DNA from: Octopus sinensis
Lineage: Eukaryota
Reading direction: 5' to 3'
Assembly: GCF_006345805.1 (NCBI RefSeq)
Contig: NC_042998.1
Location: forward strand, 83,390,001-83,454,000
Length of the DNA stretch: 64,000 nucleotides
Numbering within the stretch: the stretch's first letter is position 1; each line of letters opens with the position of its first letter. The translations under genes were made by a program, and so were the position numbers. Positions 12,113 to 25,796 of the stretch are shown piece after piece. The notes beneath the pieces were generated by a model, which did not search any database, was not told the origin of the DNA, and saw only the letters and a list, made by a program, of their open reading frames with translations.

Positions 12113-14597
12113 TATTAAATGTACTATTATTAAAACCGATAGATTGCCTTATTTTTACCACAAAGCCATAAATTTGGTTAGGATAACATGACAATTATTA
12201 TTATCACTAGATTTTAAACATTGGCATCTTGAATTGTTAAACGAAAAAAAAAATGGTAACTTTATTTGCTATTATCTTTAATCAATTCATTTAAAAGAAA
12301 GGTTATTGTTATTGCTGTTATTTAGCTTTTGGTCAGTCCCATTTATTATTAAGACATTCTATTCGTGACCATCTTTTACGTACTGGTAAACTTTGTATGG
12401 AATTGTGTATGTTCTTTTTCTAAAACAATAATGTATGATTTGAGTGACATTTGGCTGCTATTTCTAGCGAATCGAGTAACCACGTGAACTTGAGCATAAG
12501 TGTTTTTTTTTTCTTCTTGTTTTTAATAAACTTAAACAGAGTGTTATGTTATATAAATTGAAACAGCTATTCTTGTCTAGTTTCAATTCAGTCTTGATAG
12601 GGCCAATCTATGATCAAAGACATTCCAGCTGTGACCATCGCATCTATTTTTGAATAGTGTAAATCTAGCGTGTTTTTTTTCTACTTCGAAGAAGGTAAAT
12701 TGTGGTTTGAATGTATTTCGGTGCTATTTCTAACAGACCGAGCGACCACATAGAGGTTGTTCAAGATTGCAATATTTCTAATTGTTGTTGTTGTTGAAGT
12801 ACACCAATGCGTGGGGAGTTACACTGACTGCATTCCTCAATTTCCGGCGACATGACAATAGTTGATCGTGTCTGGTAAAATATATTTATTTACTTTTATT
12901 TACGTCGAAAAAAAACATAACTGGTATTCTTTCATAAACCGTAAATATGTTCTCTTAGCACAATACACTAACTCCTCTTACTTTATAAATATTATTTATT
13001 ATTTTAACTCTTCTCCACCAAAGACCATCACATTCTCTCTAACACACCCTTTAGTTTAATATTTATTATCCAGTTCGAGCAGGAACTAAATTACTCCCAG
13101 ACCATCTTTTTATATTTCATTGATGCTCAATTTCTTTCTTCTTCATTATTTAAACGATATAATTTGTTCACTTAAATTATATTTGTTCATTTATATAATG
13201 TAGCATATAGACGTAACTTAATGTCATGATATCAACTTAATTGCGTCGCTCTTGCAGGTTCTGTCTGTCATTTTATCGACGGAACAAAGATTTCCAAATA
13301 TTCGTTGTTATCTACTAATCTACTTACGTTCTAGGTTTAAATCCCACCTAGATAAACTTCTCCCTTCGGCTTTCCGATGTCTATGTAATAAAGTATCAGT
13401 TGGGTACTTAAGTCTTATCGACTTTTCTTTTCAAAGTTTCTAGCCTTGTTTTTATGTTTAAAATCAGTTATCTTTTCGAACCAATTGCTTTTGAAACCCC
13501 TGCAATCTACAGCCTTATAAAAGAAACGTTTTTATCTTACTTCGGTATAAAATTTGTTAAAACAAACGAGGAACAACGAAAAGACTCATGGTTCTGTGAA
13601 ATATCCTCAGTAGCCATCGAGGATATGACAGCTGGAAAGAGAAAGGCCTACATCAGAACTCAGCTGAATAGGCTGGCGCAACTTGGAACTGTGTGCCTCG
13701 CTCAAGGACACAACGTGCCACCTAGTCTAGGAAACGAACTAATGTTTCTTTCGACTGTGAGTTGAATACTTTAAAAACTAAGCTAGACATTTTCACTTAG
13801 TGAGTTGCTAATCACGTCTGAAGTATTTCTGTTGCTACATTTGGGATGTAGTTTATAAATGTTTGATCAACCCGAGTTTTATCAGAGATTGTAAGCCTTA
13901 ACTTTTTTCAGGACTTTAAGAGTGTTAGCTGTGTTGTGTTTTTATTGTTTAGGTCAACTCTAACAACCTTATGATAAAAAATAGAAAAGAGAACTTCAGT
14001 TGTAAAAATCTATCTTTTCTGAGGTGCAAAAAAAATCTAAGGACATTAACAATATCCAGTTTGTTCTGTTCTAGGACAAAAGGAAGTAATTTCAGTAGAA
14101 ACTTCGCTTCCCTATTATGTCTTTCATTATATCCCATTTCTAAAGTGGAACAGAGAGGTAGGATTACCTTCTTTCTTGTTTCTCACAGAATGCATCCAAT
14201 GAGTCTTAGTTAACACTGAGTTTGAGGCCTAAATCGGATAAACATTTGTCTAGATAAATTGGATTTAATATGAACTGTGGTAAGCCTGACTTACTGTGTA
14301 CCTATCCTTGTTTTAGAATAGTTAGGCCATGGCCCACATCTCATAAGAGTTGACTTAAAAGATTGACAACTGGAATGGCATTTGCTCATAAACATTGCTG
14401 ATACTGATTATAATTATTATTAACCATTTTCCAAGAATGATTGTTCTTCCTTTTTACTTTCATTCTTACTTTTTCTTCTGTAAAATTTTATAGTATGGAT
14501 GGATGTATCTTAAGTTACCTTATTTTCAGATTTGCAATTTGACAATCTTTTTTTTCTCTCTCACTTATAATTAAGATAAGAGACAAGCATTCTGAAA

Positions 14598-14656
14598 ATG
14601 GAAAAAGATGCAGACATCTTAAGCAAATATAGATTAGTTACAAATAAACTGAAAAA
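14598..14656 (+). CDS. F8A1: HAP40 coding exon 1 ([19 protein letters not shown])
   Basis: AAAATG start; AA|GTAAGT donor. Confidence 0.92.
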
Positions 14657-14994
14657 GTAAGTGTAATTTTAATTTGTGTTTTCTTTTCTGTGATTTAAAA
14701 ATTCACTCCTCAAGGAAGTGGTCTGGGGCTTGGCAAAAAATGAATGAATAATGTGTGTGTGTATGTGTGTATACAGGCAGGCAGATAGATAGAGAGAGCT
14801 AGATAGATGTAGACAGACTGTAGATGTCAGTGTGGTTAAGAAGTTTGCTTCTCAACCACATGGTTTTGGGTTCAACCCTACAGCTTGAAACCTTGAACAA
14901 ATATTTTCTACCATATACCTGGACTGATCAAAGCCTTATGAGTGGATTTGGTTGAGGGAAACTAAAAGAAGGTTATCATCATCATCTATCTATC

Positions 14995-15027
<33 letters not shown>

Positions 15028-15035
15028 TATATATA

Positions 15036-15077
<42 letters not shown>

Positions 15078-18000
15078 CCTGCTCGCTTAGCCAGTGGGAT
15101 GGCGTCATTTGAAAGCTAAAACAATGTGAAGTACATTGTGACCAGCGATGTGTAGCAACATCTGATAGCCTGATCGGTCACAGTGGTCACCTTGGATTTT
15201 CAGAACAACCCGCTGTGTTGAGGAGACCTATTGAGTCAAGTACATGAACATCGAAATAAATATCAATGGAAATAGTAGTTGTGATACCTGTGCCGGTGGC
15301 ACATAAAAAGCACCACCCGAATGTGGCCGATGCCAGCGCCGCCTCGACTGGCTTCTGTGCCGGTGGCACGTTAAAAGCACCAACCAATCGTGGCCGCTGC
15401 CAGACTCCCCTGGCACCTGTGTCGGTGGCACGTAAAAAGCACCCACTACACTCGCGGAGTGGTTGGCGTTAGGAAGGGCATCCAGCTGTAGAAACACTGC
15501 CAGATCAGACTGGAGCCTGGTGCAGCCTCCTAGCTTCCCAGACCCCGGTCGAACCATCCAACCCGTGCTAGCGCGGAAAACGGACGTTAAACGATGATGA
15601 TGATGATATATATATACATACACATTTGAAAGTTTGTGTGTAAATGAGTGTGTGTGTATATCTGTGTCTTCTTCCCTTGACATTACTTAGTAGTTGTAAA
15701 TAATTGTCACAATCGTACAATGTCATTCATTTATGATAGCCTGTGATAGCATGTCTGGCTGTGAGGAAATATTACCTTGCTTGGAAACAGATGAAGGTTG
15801 ACATGAGCACCAGCACTGTTTAGATATTTAGGTCACCATGCAGTTTACATGACTACAGACTCTGAGGGAAAAGGGGTTGGCTTTATGCTATGGCATGTGA
15901 GGTTAAACTATGAGAAAGGTGGTGCGGACTGAACAAGTTCTACTAGAGGAGGTGCATGGCTCCTCACATTCAGAAGAGAGAGAGAGAATGGTCACAGACG
16001 TTAAGCAAACAAATGAAGTGTACAATCTATCATGTAGTGTTTGTATTTCGTTTGCTTATTGGTAAAGAAGGGTTTATGATGATGGACTGCAAAATCTGAG
16101 TGAGATTGATGCACAGGATGACTCTGGAAAAGAATGGGCTGGTGGGGGAATTCCAGAGAGATAACATCCTGGAAGGAAGGATCTTCTTAATCCACTCCTA
16201 TGTACAGTCAACCAAAAGGCTGATGAAATGAAACCAGTGCCGGTGGCACGTAAAAAGCACTATCTGAACGTGAAGAATGCCAAGCCTGCCTGACTGGCTC
16301 CTGTGCCGGTGGCATGTAAAAAGCACCCACTACTCTCTCAGAGGGCATCCAGCTGTAGAAACATTGCCAGATCAAATTGGAACCTGGTGAAGCTGCTGGC
16401 TCTCCAGACCTCAGTCAAACCGTCCAACCCATGCCAGCATGGAAAATAGACATTAAGCAATGATGATGAATCAGCTGCTACCCAAACCATGGCTTTTTAG
16501 TCAACTGACATATTACATATGGATTGAGAAGATGGTTCTAGTCAAACATGAAAGCTTGACTCAGTTATATAATCAGTTGTTTTCTGTTTACATATGACTT
16601 ACACATGCAGTACGTATGTGTGTGTTTGTTTGTTTCACTTGCTTTTGGTGTTCTATTTCCTGCTGAAGATTGGTTTAGAACTGAAGAAAGCTGCCAAAGA
16701 GTTAGACATGGCAACTGAAACCAGCGCGAGGCAAACGTGGTTGACAAGACCACAGATGGAACCTTGTTGGCAGAGGCTAATCCATTCATTACTGCTTCAC
16801 TAAGGTGCTGTGTACAAGTTAAGAGATAAAATTCTTGTGACTTTGAGATACCTGCTGAAAATGCTGAAAGGTTTCTGATGTTGTGGAGGTTTGCAATATC
16901 TTAAAATCTTTTAAGTAGCTTCAGCAGTTTTTGTATCAGGCAAAGCATCTCTTGATGTTTATTTTACTTATATTTATGTATGTGTGCATCTATAATCACA
17001 CACATATACACGGTCATATATCATCATCATCATCATCATCATTTAACGTCCGTTTTTAGCACGGGTGGACGGTTTCGACCGGGGTCTGGGAGCTCGGGAC
17101 TGCCCCAGGCTCCAGTCTAGTTGGCAGGTTTCTACAGCTGGTGCCCTTCTACGCCAACCACTCCGCGAGTGTTAGGTGTTTTTACGTGCCACCTGCACAG
17201 GTGCCAGAGGGTCTGGCATCGGCCACTTCGGATGGTGCTTTTTATGTGTGGGGGGGGAGAAATATAGGGGAGCACCAGTGGGAGGTGGTTCAGAGAAATG
17301 ATGACAGGTTCTAGGCAAGTAGAACGTAGGATATCAAGAGAGGGGTTGCATGGTCAAATAGCGTATGAAGAGGGGGGTTCGAAGAGAGACACCTAATGGT
17401 GGTGGGAGAAGCGACATCCGGTATAGATGGAGCAAATATAGAGATATCCGGTATTGGTGGTGGGGGTGGGCAAGGGCGGGTGCACCGGGAATATGACGGG
17501 CTGGCTTAAAAATGCTCTTAGCAAAGGAAGAGGGGGGATGGCAGAAACGTAAAAGAAGAGAGAGAAGGGAACTAGTGGAACCCCGCGAAATGGGCCGCCA
17601 TTGAAAAAACCCCTGTATGGAGAAATAATATGCAATACAAGGCGAAGCGAAAATAGTAATATAAATAATAATATAATAATAATAATAATAATAAGCAAAT
17701 TTTCGACGAGGATCAAGGGACAATACTAATACTACTAATAATAGTAATAATAATAAATAATAAACAGCTCAACCACAACATTAGATTAGAAAGACTCTCT
17801 TATCTTGGGAACATTTCGTTCTTCGGCCTGACAAGGAATATGACGGGCTGGCTAAATGCTCTTAGCAAAGGAAGAGGGGGGATGGCAGACAACGTAAAAG
17901 AGGGAGAGAGAGAAGGGAAATAGTGGAAACCCGCGAAAATGGGCCGCCATTGAAAAAACCCCTGTATGGAGAAATAATATGATGTATAAAATTTTATTTC

Positions 18001-21000
18001 GACCCTTGTTCATTTTAGACGTTTTCTGAAAAAGCCAAATGTAGCTGAAGGAAGTGAACAGTTCGGTGAGTTGCTTTGCTTACATACATTTTCCTTGCAT
18101 TGTCTTTTGAATGACTGTATGGTTCAGAAGTTCACTTTGCAATCATGTGATTTTGTGTTCTATCCCATCGTCTGGCATAATTTCAAGAAATAAAACTCCA
18201 GGAGGGAAATTTAGTAAACAAAAGCTGTGCAGAAGCCTATCGGATTTTTATGCTTACATATATATTGGGGAGGTGAGGGTATTGCTGAATTGGTAAGGTA
18301 TAAAATAATAAAACTTTGTGGTGTTCCCTTTCACCTGCAATTATGCATCTTTACAGGTTGACAAATACCTTGTGAATGGAGTTTGGAAGACCGACACTAT
18401 TGAAGTATACACACACACACTGTTTGTGTTTATGTATCTTCTGCTGGTATACTTGGAGAGAAAAAAAAATCAATAAGCCAGTGATTTCATAGAAAAGTAA
18501 TCTTTGATATTCGATCCTCCTGAGTTGTTCAGATTCTCCCGAATCACTTTTAGTCATGGTTGAAACCCCTTTGGACACAGCTCTCCTTGATCAGAAGTGA
18601 GCTACAGTTAAACAACATCAGCCTATTTTGTGGTACTTATTTACAACTTGATAGACTAGAGGATGTAAACAGTTAAGCAATGTTATCTATGGACACAATT
18701 AAATAATGATATAAACTTGATGCTTGCTACTACTATTCTGTGTGACTAACATGTATTAGCAATATATATTGGTATATAAGTAATAGAAACGTGTGTTATA
18801 ACTGCAATGTCTCATAATTCTGTGTCAGTATGATGTGATATATGTATAATGTAACAATAAGTACTTTTTCTTTTTCAAGTAGCTGCAACTAAGATGTGTT
18901 TCAGAATGTCTGACCAGGAATCTCTCTCTCCAATTAGCTTCATTAAAGCCTCAAAATCATGTTGAGTTTGTCTGCCAGTAGCACCAATGCCCTCTATTAG
19001 GGTATGGAAGTTTACAGAATATAACATCTGATATAGCCTGCTGTCCAGCATAATAGCAGTGGCCAGAAAAGCTTTCCCCTACTTTGAGCAATGATGGTAG
19101 AAAAGGGTAGAATGTATCCATAAATCCTGTTGGTTTTGTGTTTGCACCATCAGATGTCTTGAGCTCTTATGGGAAACCTGGTGCACATACCATCAAAACA
19201 ATCATGAAGTTTCTTCTCCAAAATCTGTCCATAGAGAAGAATTCTCCCCACTTAACTTAGATTGTGATTGTCTGTAGACACAGTAAAATAAAAGTGTTAG
19301 CTCAATGTTTGCTACTTTATCATTCTACCATCCTGTGTAAGTTAACACAGTAGAAATCTGTGTGATAACAACAATATCACATATGCCTCAACGTATCATC
19401 ATCATTTAATGTCTGTTTTCCATGGGTTGCATGGTTGAACAGGAGCTGGCAAGCCAGAGAGCTGCACCGAGCTCCTGTTGTCTGTTTTGGCATGGTTTCT
19501 ACAGCTGGATGCTCTTCCTAATGCCAACCACCTTACAGAATGTACTGGATGTTTTTTACATGGCACCAACACCTGTGCTTTATACAAGGAGCCATCACCA
19601 GTCATGGCACCAGCACTGCCTGTGACAATTAACTCATGTCAAGCCTCTAGTGTAACAACAAATATTAGCCATTCAAAAACGCATAAAAACTGTTAACTTC
19701 ACTTCAACATTTATTACTTGCCGTCAATGACCAGGTTTCAATAAGGTGATGAAAATTTTGATTCCAAATGAAATTAACAGTCTTTGTGTGTTTTTGAATG
19801 GCTAATATGAGTCTCTCATGTTAAAATTGATTTTGTTTCAACTCACTTTCCAGACAATTATATCTATGGAATGTATATCTAGTCTAATGTATTTAACCCT
19901 CTGTAAGTTTTATTTTGTCTTTGTGTTTAGGTCTGTAAAAATTTGAACAAACTGTTTTCTTTTCTCTTCAACAGCTGCTTTGGCAAAGAATCTGCGTCGG
20001 CAAGAATGTCCTCAATATTCTGGTTTTTGCTGTTTAGCGCAAGCCAGGTAAGTTATTGCAGGTGTATGCATTCTGGGAGTGGTCTGTATTTCAATTCCCA
20101 GTGTCCATTTTTTAAAATATTTCTTTTCAGTGAAAGAGATGATTCCATAATAGAAACTTGACCATATTAATAATTACTGAATTTTCTCTCCTGGGAATTT
20201 CGCATGAAACGGTTCTTGTATTGTGAGGTGGAATTGTGTATACAATTATCTCTCTCACATCAAGATTTGCCCACAGGAGGAAGGGTTTTTTTTTAAAGAT
20301 AAATTGGGTTATCTTCCTTGCATCTGCTAACTGAGATCGTTCCAATAAGCTAATCACTAATGAAATAGCAATTGTTAAAAACTGATCAAGTCCCAGCGTC
20401 CTGTGTAATTAGGACAAAAATAAACGAACACTGGACACCATACAGCTTGTCTAGAGTATCTCACTGAATCCTAGACTGGAAGTTGGAGCGTATAAAATGG
20501 TTCTTACACAGAGGCAGAATATATCTAGAGCAACAATTAATTAAACTGAGCAAAATTTCCCCTCTGGAGAGAAATTTGAAGTGTTTTTGGGGGCAAAATT
20601 ATAAGTTTCTAGTGAGGACTTTTCTTTTTGTATGTTTGGAAAATTCTTTATTATTATTCACATTATTTTTGCTGATGATTTTCAAGGACGCTATTGTTAA
20701 ATTAATATAAAGTTGTTAATGTTGTGCAATAAATTATTGTCATCATTTAAAGTGCTTTTTCCATGCTGGCATTGGATGTTTCAAGTGTAACCAATGAGCC
20801 AGAGGACTTTTGCTCGTTGGTCCTTGTATGCTTCGGCATGGTTTCCATGACTAGATGCACTTCCTAATGCTAATCCCTTTACATGACAAAAACCCCTCAC
20901 TGGCATGTGTGGCTTTATGCTATATGTTGAGAGGTTAAAGTATGATAGAGGGACAGTATGTCTTGTTGTAGAGGAGACACATGGCTTCCCCATTCGAAAA

Positions 21001-24000
21001 GAGCAGAAAGAAATGGTAAGAGCATAACATTCAGGTACAATCTGATAATAAAAGAGCGAAAATAGGGATAGAGGATTGGAAATGAAGGGTGGGTAGGTAA
21101 ATTTGTGTGAGTGTGGAAGGTAACTAACAGATGACTAGAGATGGAGACAGAATTTTTTTTATTATACAAGAAAGGAAATTGATAATTGGTAATGGGAGAT
21201 GAGGAGATATGGAAAAATGATCAAAAAGCAATGATTTAGAACAACAGGTCAGTAAATCACAACCTGTGCTCCATAAGTCTGCTGAGACAAAACTGACTTG
21301 GGGCTGTACAACTGTAATGAGGATAATATCTTGTTGAGTTCACTTGGACGACAATGTAACCAACAATTCAATATGATTGGTATCATGTTTTGTACAACAT
21401 GGAATTTTCCTCAGGTAAACAATTCTACTTCAGTTCTATATCCTAAGAGATGAGGAATTATGTACATTATTTACATTTGATGGATATTTGTCCTCATCTT
21501 GCTTGTTGTTAACACAACGTTTTGGCTGATACACCTGCCAGCCTTCATCAGGTGCTTGGGGAAATTTCAAACCTGGGTTCTCGTTCCTAAAGTATTTTTC
21601 AATGATGATGATGACGACAACGACGTTCTTCAGGTCACTGGAATTGAAATCGAAAATTTGGGGTTAGTAGCCTGCGCTCTTAACCACTATGCCCACTGGC
21701 ATATGGCATAGTGGTTAAGAGCGCGGGCTACTAACCCCAAGATACAATGTTTGATTCCAGGCAGTGACCTGAATAATAATAATAGTAATGATAATAATAA
21801 TAACAACAACATCGAAAAATGCCTTAGGAATGAGAACTCAGGTTCGAAATTTCTCCAAGACACCTGATGGTATATCAGCCGAAGTGTTGTGTTAACAACA
21901 AACAAGATGAGGACAAATATCTGTCAAATATAAATAAAGTTCTACTTCAAATCTGCTTTTTTTTAAATCACTGTTTCATGAAGAAATTCCAACATGTTGG
22001 CTTGCAGTCGAATAGCATAAACTGTGGTATCTGCCATAGTTAAGTGTAGAAAGTGGCTGTGGCTGTTTTCAGCTAATTGAGTAATTGTGTAGCGGCTTCT
22101 TGGTTAGTGTGTATTTGAGTCTACAAGCAGGCATATAATTATATTGGATTGCAGTTTACTTGCTGTCTATTAACACAACTTTTATTTCCAGGTGTGAACA
22201 CACTTTGGCAAATGCTGCAGGAGAAGCTCAGGCTTTGACAGAGGCTGCGAGATCATTCCTCGAAGCAGAAATGGCAAACAGAGATTTAAAATGCCCAAGT
22301 TTTGAGGAGCATCTTTCTGCTGCCATCAACTGTTACAGCCATGCTATCAGAGTAAGGAACAATGGATTTTGCTTCTCTTCTTTTTTCTTTGTTTTTTCAA
22401 TAATATTTTTGTTTATCCTTTTGTTTTTTGGGTGTGACTATGTGGTAAGAATTCTGCTTGCCCACCACAAGGTTTTGAGTTCAGACCCACTGTGTGGCAC
22501 CTTGGGCAAGTGTCTTTTACTATAACCCTGGGCTGACCAAATCCTTGTGAATGAGTATTATAAATGAAAGCTGAAAGAAGCCTGTCATATGTATCATCAT
22601 CATCATCAAGCAGTGTCAGTCATTTATAGTATTTTGTGAAGATATGACTGGCCATGGGGAAATATTATCTTTGCTTGGTCACAGGTGAGGGTTGCCAACA
22701 GGAAGGGCATCTGGCAGTAGAAAATCTGACTGCCCTCAACAAATTCTGTTCATCCCATGTGAGGATGGAAAATGGACATCATTATCATCCTCATCATTTA
22801 ACGTCTGTTTTCCATGCTGGCCTTGAGTTGGACAGTTTGACAGGAACTGGCAAGCCAGAGGGTTGCACCAGCCCCCAATCGTCTGATTTTGGCATTGTTT
22901 CTATAGCTTGATGCCCTTCCTAATGCCAACGACTTTACAGGTTAGACTGGGTGCTTTTTACATGGCATCAGCACCAGTGTTTTGTACATGGTACCAGCAC
23001 GGGTGCTTTTTACATGGCACTAGCACATGTGCTTTTCATGGCACATGTATAGGTGTTTTATACATGGCACAAGCACGTGTTTTTCATTTGGTATCAGTAT
23101 GTGTGTATGATAAAACAAAATCCATATTTTGGTTGGTAAGGCAATACTAGAGAATATTTAAAACTCTATGACTGTGTATGGTGGACATTATATGTTTTGC
23201 TTTCTTTTACAGGTTCATATTGAGAACAAACAACCTGCACTTGGTGCTGCCCTTTGTATGGAACTCGGTGATGTTTTAATGGTAAGGACATATATTTATT
23301 TGCTTGTATTGGCTTCTTTACACAAAACTTTCAATGGAACTGACTAAACATTAATCAGTTATATAGTCCAATTCCAACCATTCTATAGAGAGTCAGTTAT
23401 CATTTAAGGTCTGTCCTCCATGTTAGCATGGGTTGAATGTTTTGACAGGAGTTGGCAGAGCCAGGGACCACACTAGGCTGTTTTGGCTTGGTTTCTACAG
23501 CTGGATGCCCTTCCAAACACCAACCACTTTACAGGCTAGACTGGATGCATTTTACATGGCATCAGCACCAGCGTTTTATATGTATTACCAGCACGAGTGC
23601 ATATTATACGGCACCATCAACAGTGCTTTTTACGTGGAACCAACAACAGTGATTTTTTATCAGTACTTTATTATTATTATTATTATTATTGTAATATAGG
23701 ACTTGGACAAATGCTTATCACATTTCAGTCTGCTTGGTTGATAAAATAGATTCCACTTTTGTTTACATTATTAGAAGTAGGAAAGATATTCAGCTATAAA
23801 GACAATTACTGCAATAGTCTTGAGATATATTTGGGACATATTTAGAGAGATTGATTATTGATGATTAGAATTTGTAGAGATAGAATATAGGTGATTGAGA
23901 ATTTTCTGTTGTTGTTGTCTGCCAGTTGGTAAAGGACAACCGTAGGTGATGAGATACTGTGAGAACTATGCACTAAATACCTTAAGATGTGTGTTGCAAC

Positions 24001-25750
24001 AAGGAACTACCTGGTAAAGAGGATTGTCAGCAGGACAAAAACAAACCCTGCCAAAAGAATGGATGAACCCAGCAAAGGTTCAACAACTGTCTAACAGTAC
24101 TCCACAGAGGATAGATACCAGTGGTGGGGAGGGAGTTCAGTAGCAGTAGTATGGAGGTATGCATTGTAATAGCGTGCCACTACCATTTGTTGGTGATTCT
24201 CTACTCCTGGTGGATGGCACTTTTACCTAATGAGATGTCAACCATCCAACCCATGGGTTTGTTTTGGGTAGTCATTGCTGGTGAGGGTTTTACTAGCTCA
24301 GTGTGCAAATCCTAACTTAACCTTTTTTAGACAAAATGTTTTGCATTATTTCATCTATTACATTCTGAGTTCAAATCCTGCTGTGGTCAACTTTGCTTTT
24401 CATCTCCACTTGGGCTGATGTAATCAATGGTTCTCTTCCCACCCTCAAATTTTATTCCATCTGCCTGTACTTCAAACATTTTTTTATTATCATTTTCTTA
24501 ACTTTTAATTATAGTCATTGAATAAAGCCAGTGAATCTATGGGTCACTATCAGAGAGCTGCAGAACTTCAGTCACAGGTGAGTTTTTGTTTTCATCTAGT
24601 ATAATGAAAATAATCTTAAACATTTCTTTCTCTTCACATCTCTCTCTCACCTATTTGGTGAATGGCCCTCATACTCACCCCTACTTGAACAGACATTTGG
24701 TAAGGAGCTTTCATTATTTCTTGATGCATCCACCTCATCTTTATGATAGACATGTTGTAGTACAACTGAAGACTCATTAGGTATGGTCCTGATTAAGAGC
24801 TCATAAAGCACAGTCCTTACTCGAAAGAAGATCAGGTGGCTTTTTGTTGTTTTTTTTTTATCAGAAATCTTTACTCTTTATTTACTGTTTGTTCTCTCAT
24901 CATCCATATCAAGCATTGACACCTCCAGGAAATGTCTAGGCTCTTTTGACTCCCAACATAACAAACTTACCTTTCCTTTATGTTACCCATACAAAGAATA
25001 CACCAAACTAGGGACAACTACAATTGTTAAGCAACTCTGTTGCTTTACTCACATTTTCTTCTCTCTCCTCCTCACTCTCTATGTCTTAGGTTACTGAGTA
25101 CTCTGTGTTGACACCACCAGAAAATGCACCCAGAATGTTCTGTAAAGTAATTGGCAACAAAAAGCATATCCAGCTATAGAAGCTGGACCAAATGACATTA
25201 CAAGCTTCAGTTTATAGGAGTAATAAATCCTAATAAGAAATGACTTGGATTGTGACGACTGTCTAACCCTGCTGGCATGGAAAGTAGAAGTAAGATGATG
25301 ATCACACACACATGCACTCTCTCTCTCTGTCATCATCATCATCACCATCATTTAACGTCCGCTTTCCATGCTGGCATGGGTTGGACGGTTTGACTGAGGG
25401 CTGGCAAGCCAGAAGGCTGCACCAGGCACCAATCTGATCTAGCAGTGTTTCTACAGCTGGATGCCCTTCCTAATGCCAACTACTCCAAGAGTGTAGTGTG
25501 TGCTTTTTACGTTCCACTGGCATGAGGGCCAGTCAGGCGGTACTGGCCTTGACCACACTTGAATGATGCTTTTTTACATGCCACCAGCACAGGAGCCAGT
25601 CAGGCAGAACTGACAATGACCACGCACAAATGGTGCTTTTTACATGCAACCATGGCTTAATTATTCAACTGATAATTTGTATACTGTAGGAATGTTGTCA
25701 AAAACTGACAAGGGTTTATGCATTAACTACAACCACAATAGCAATATTTC

Positions 25751-25796
<46 letters not shown>

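Noticed and set aside
21705-21770. Possible genuine tRNA gene (anticodon-loop-like CTACTAA)
   Set aside because: Acceptor stem does not pair, copies are divergent and always fused to the same repeat body; this is a SINE-type head
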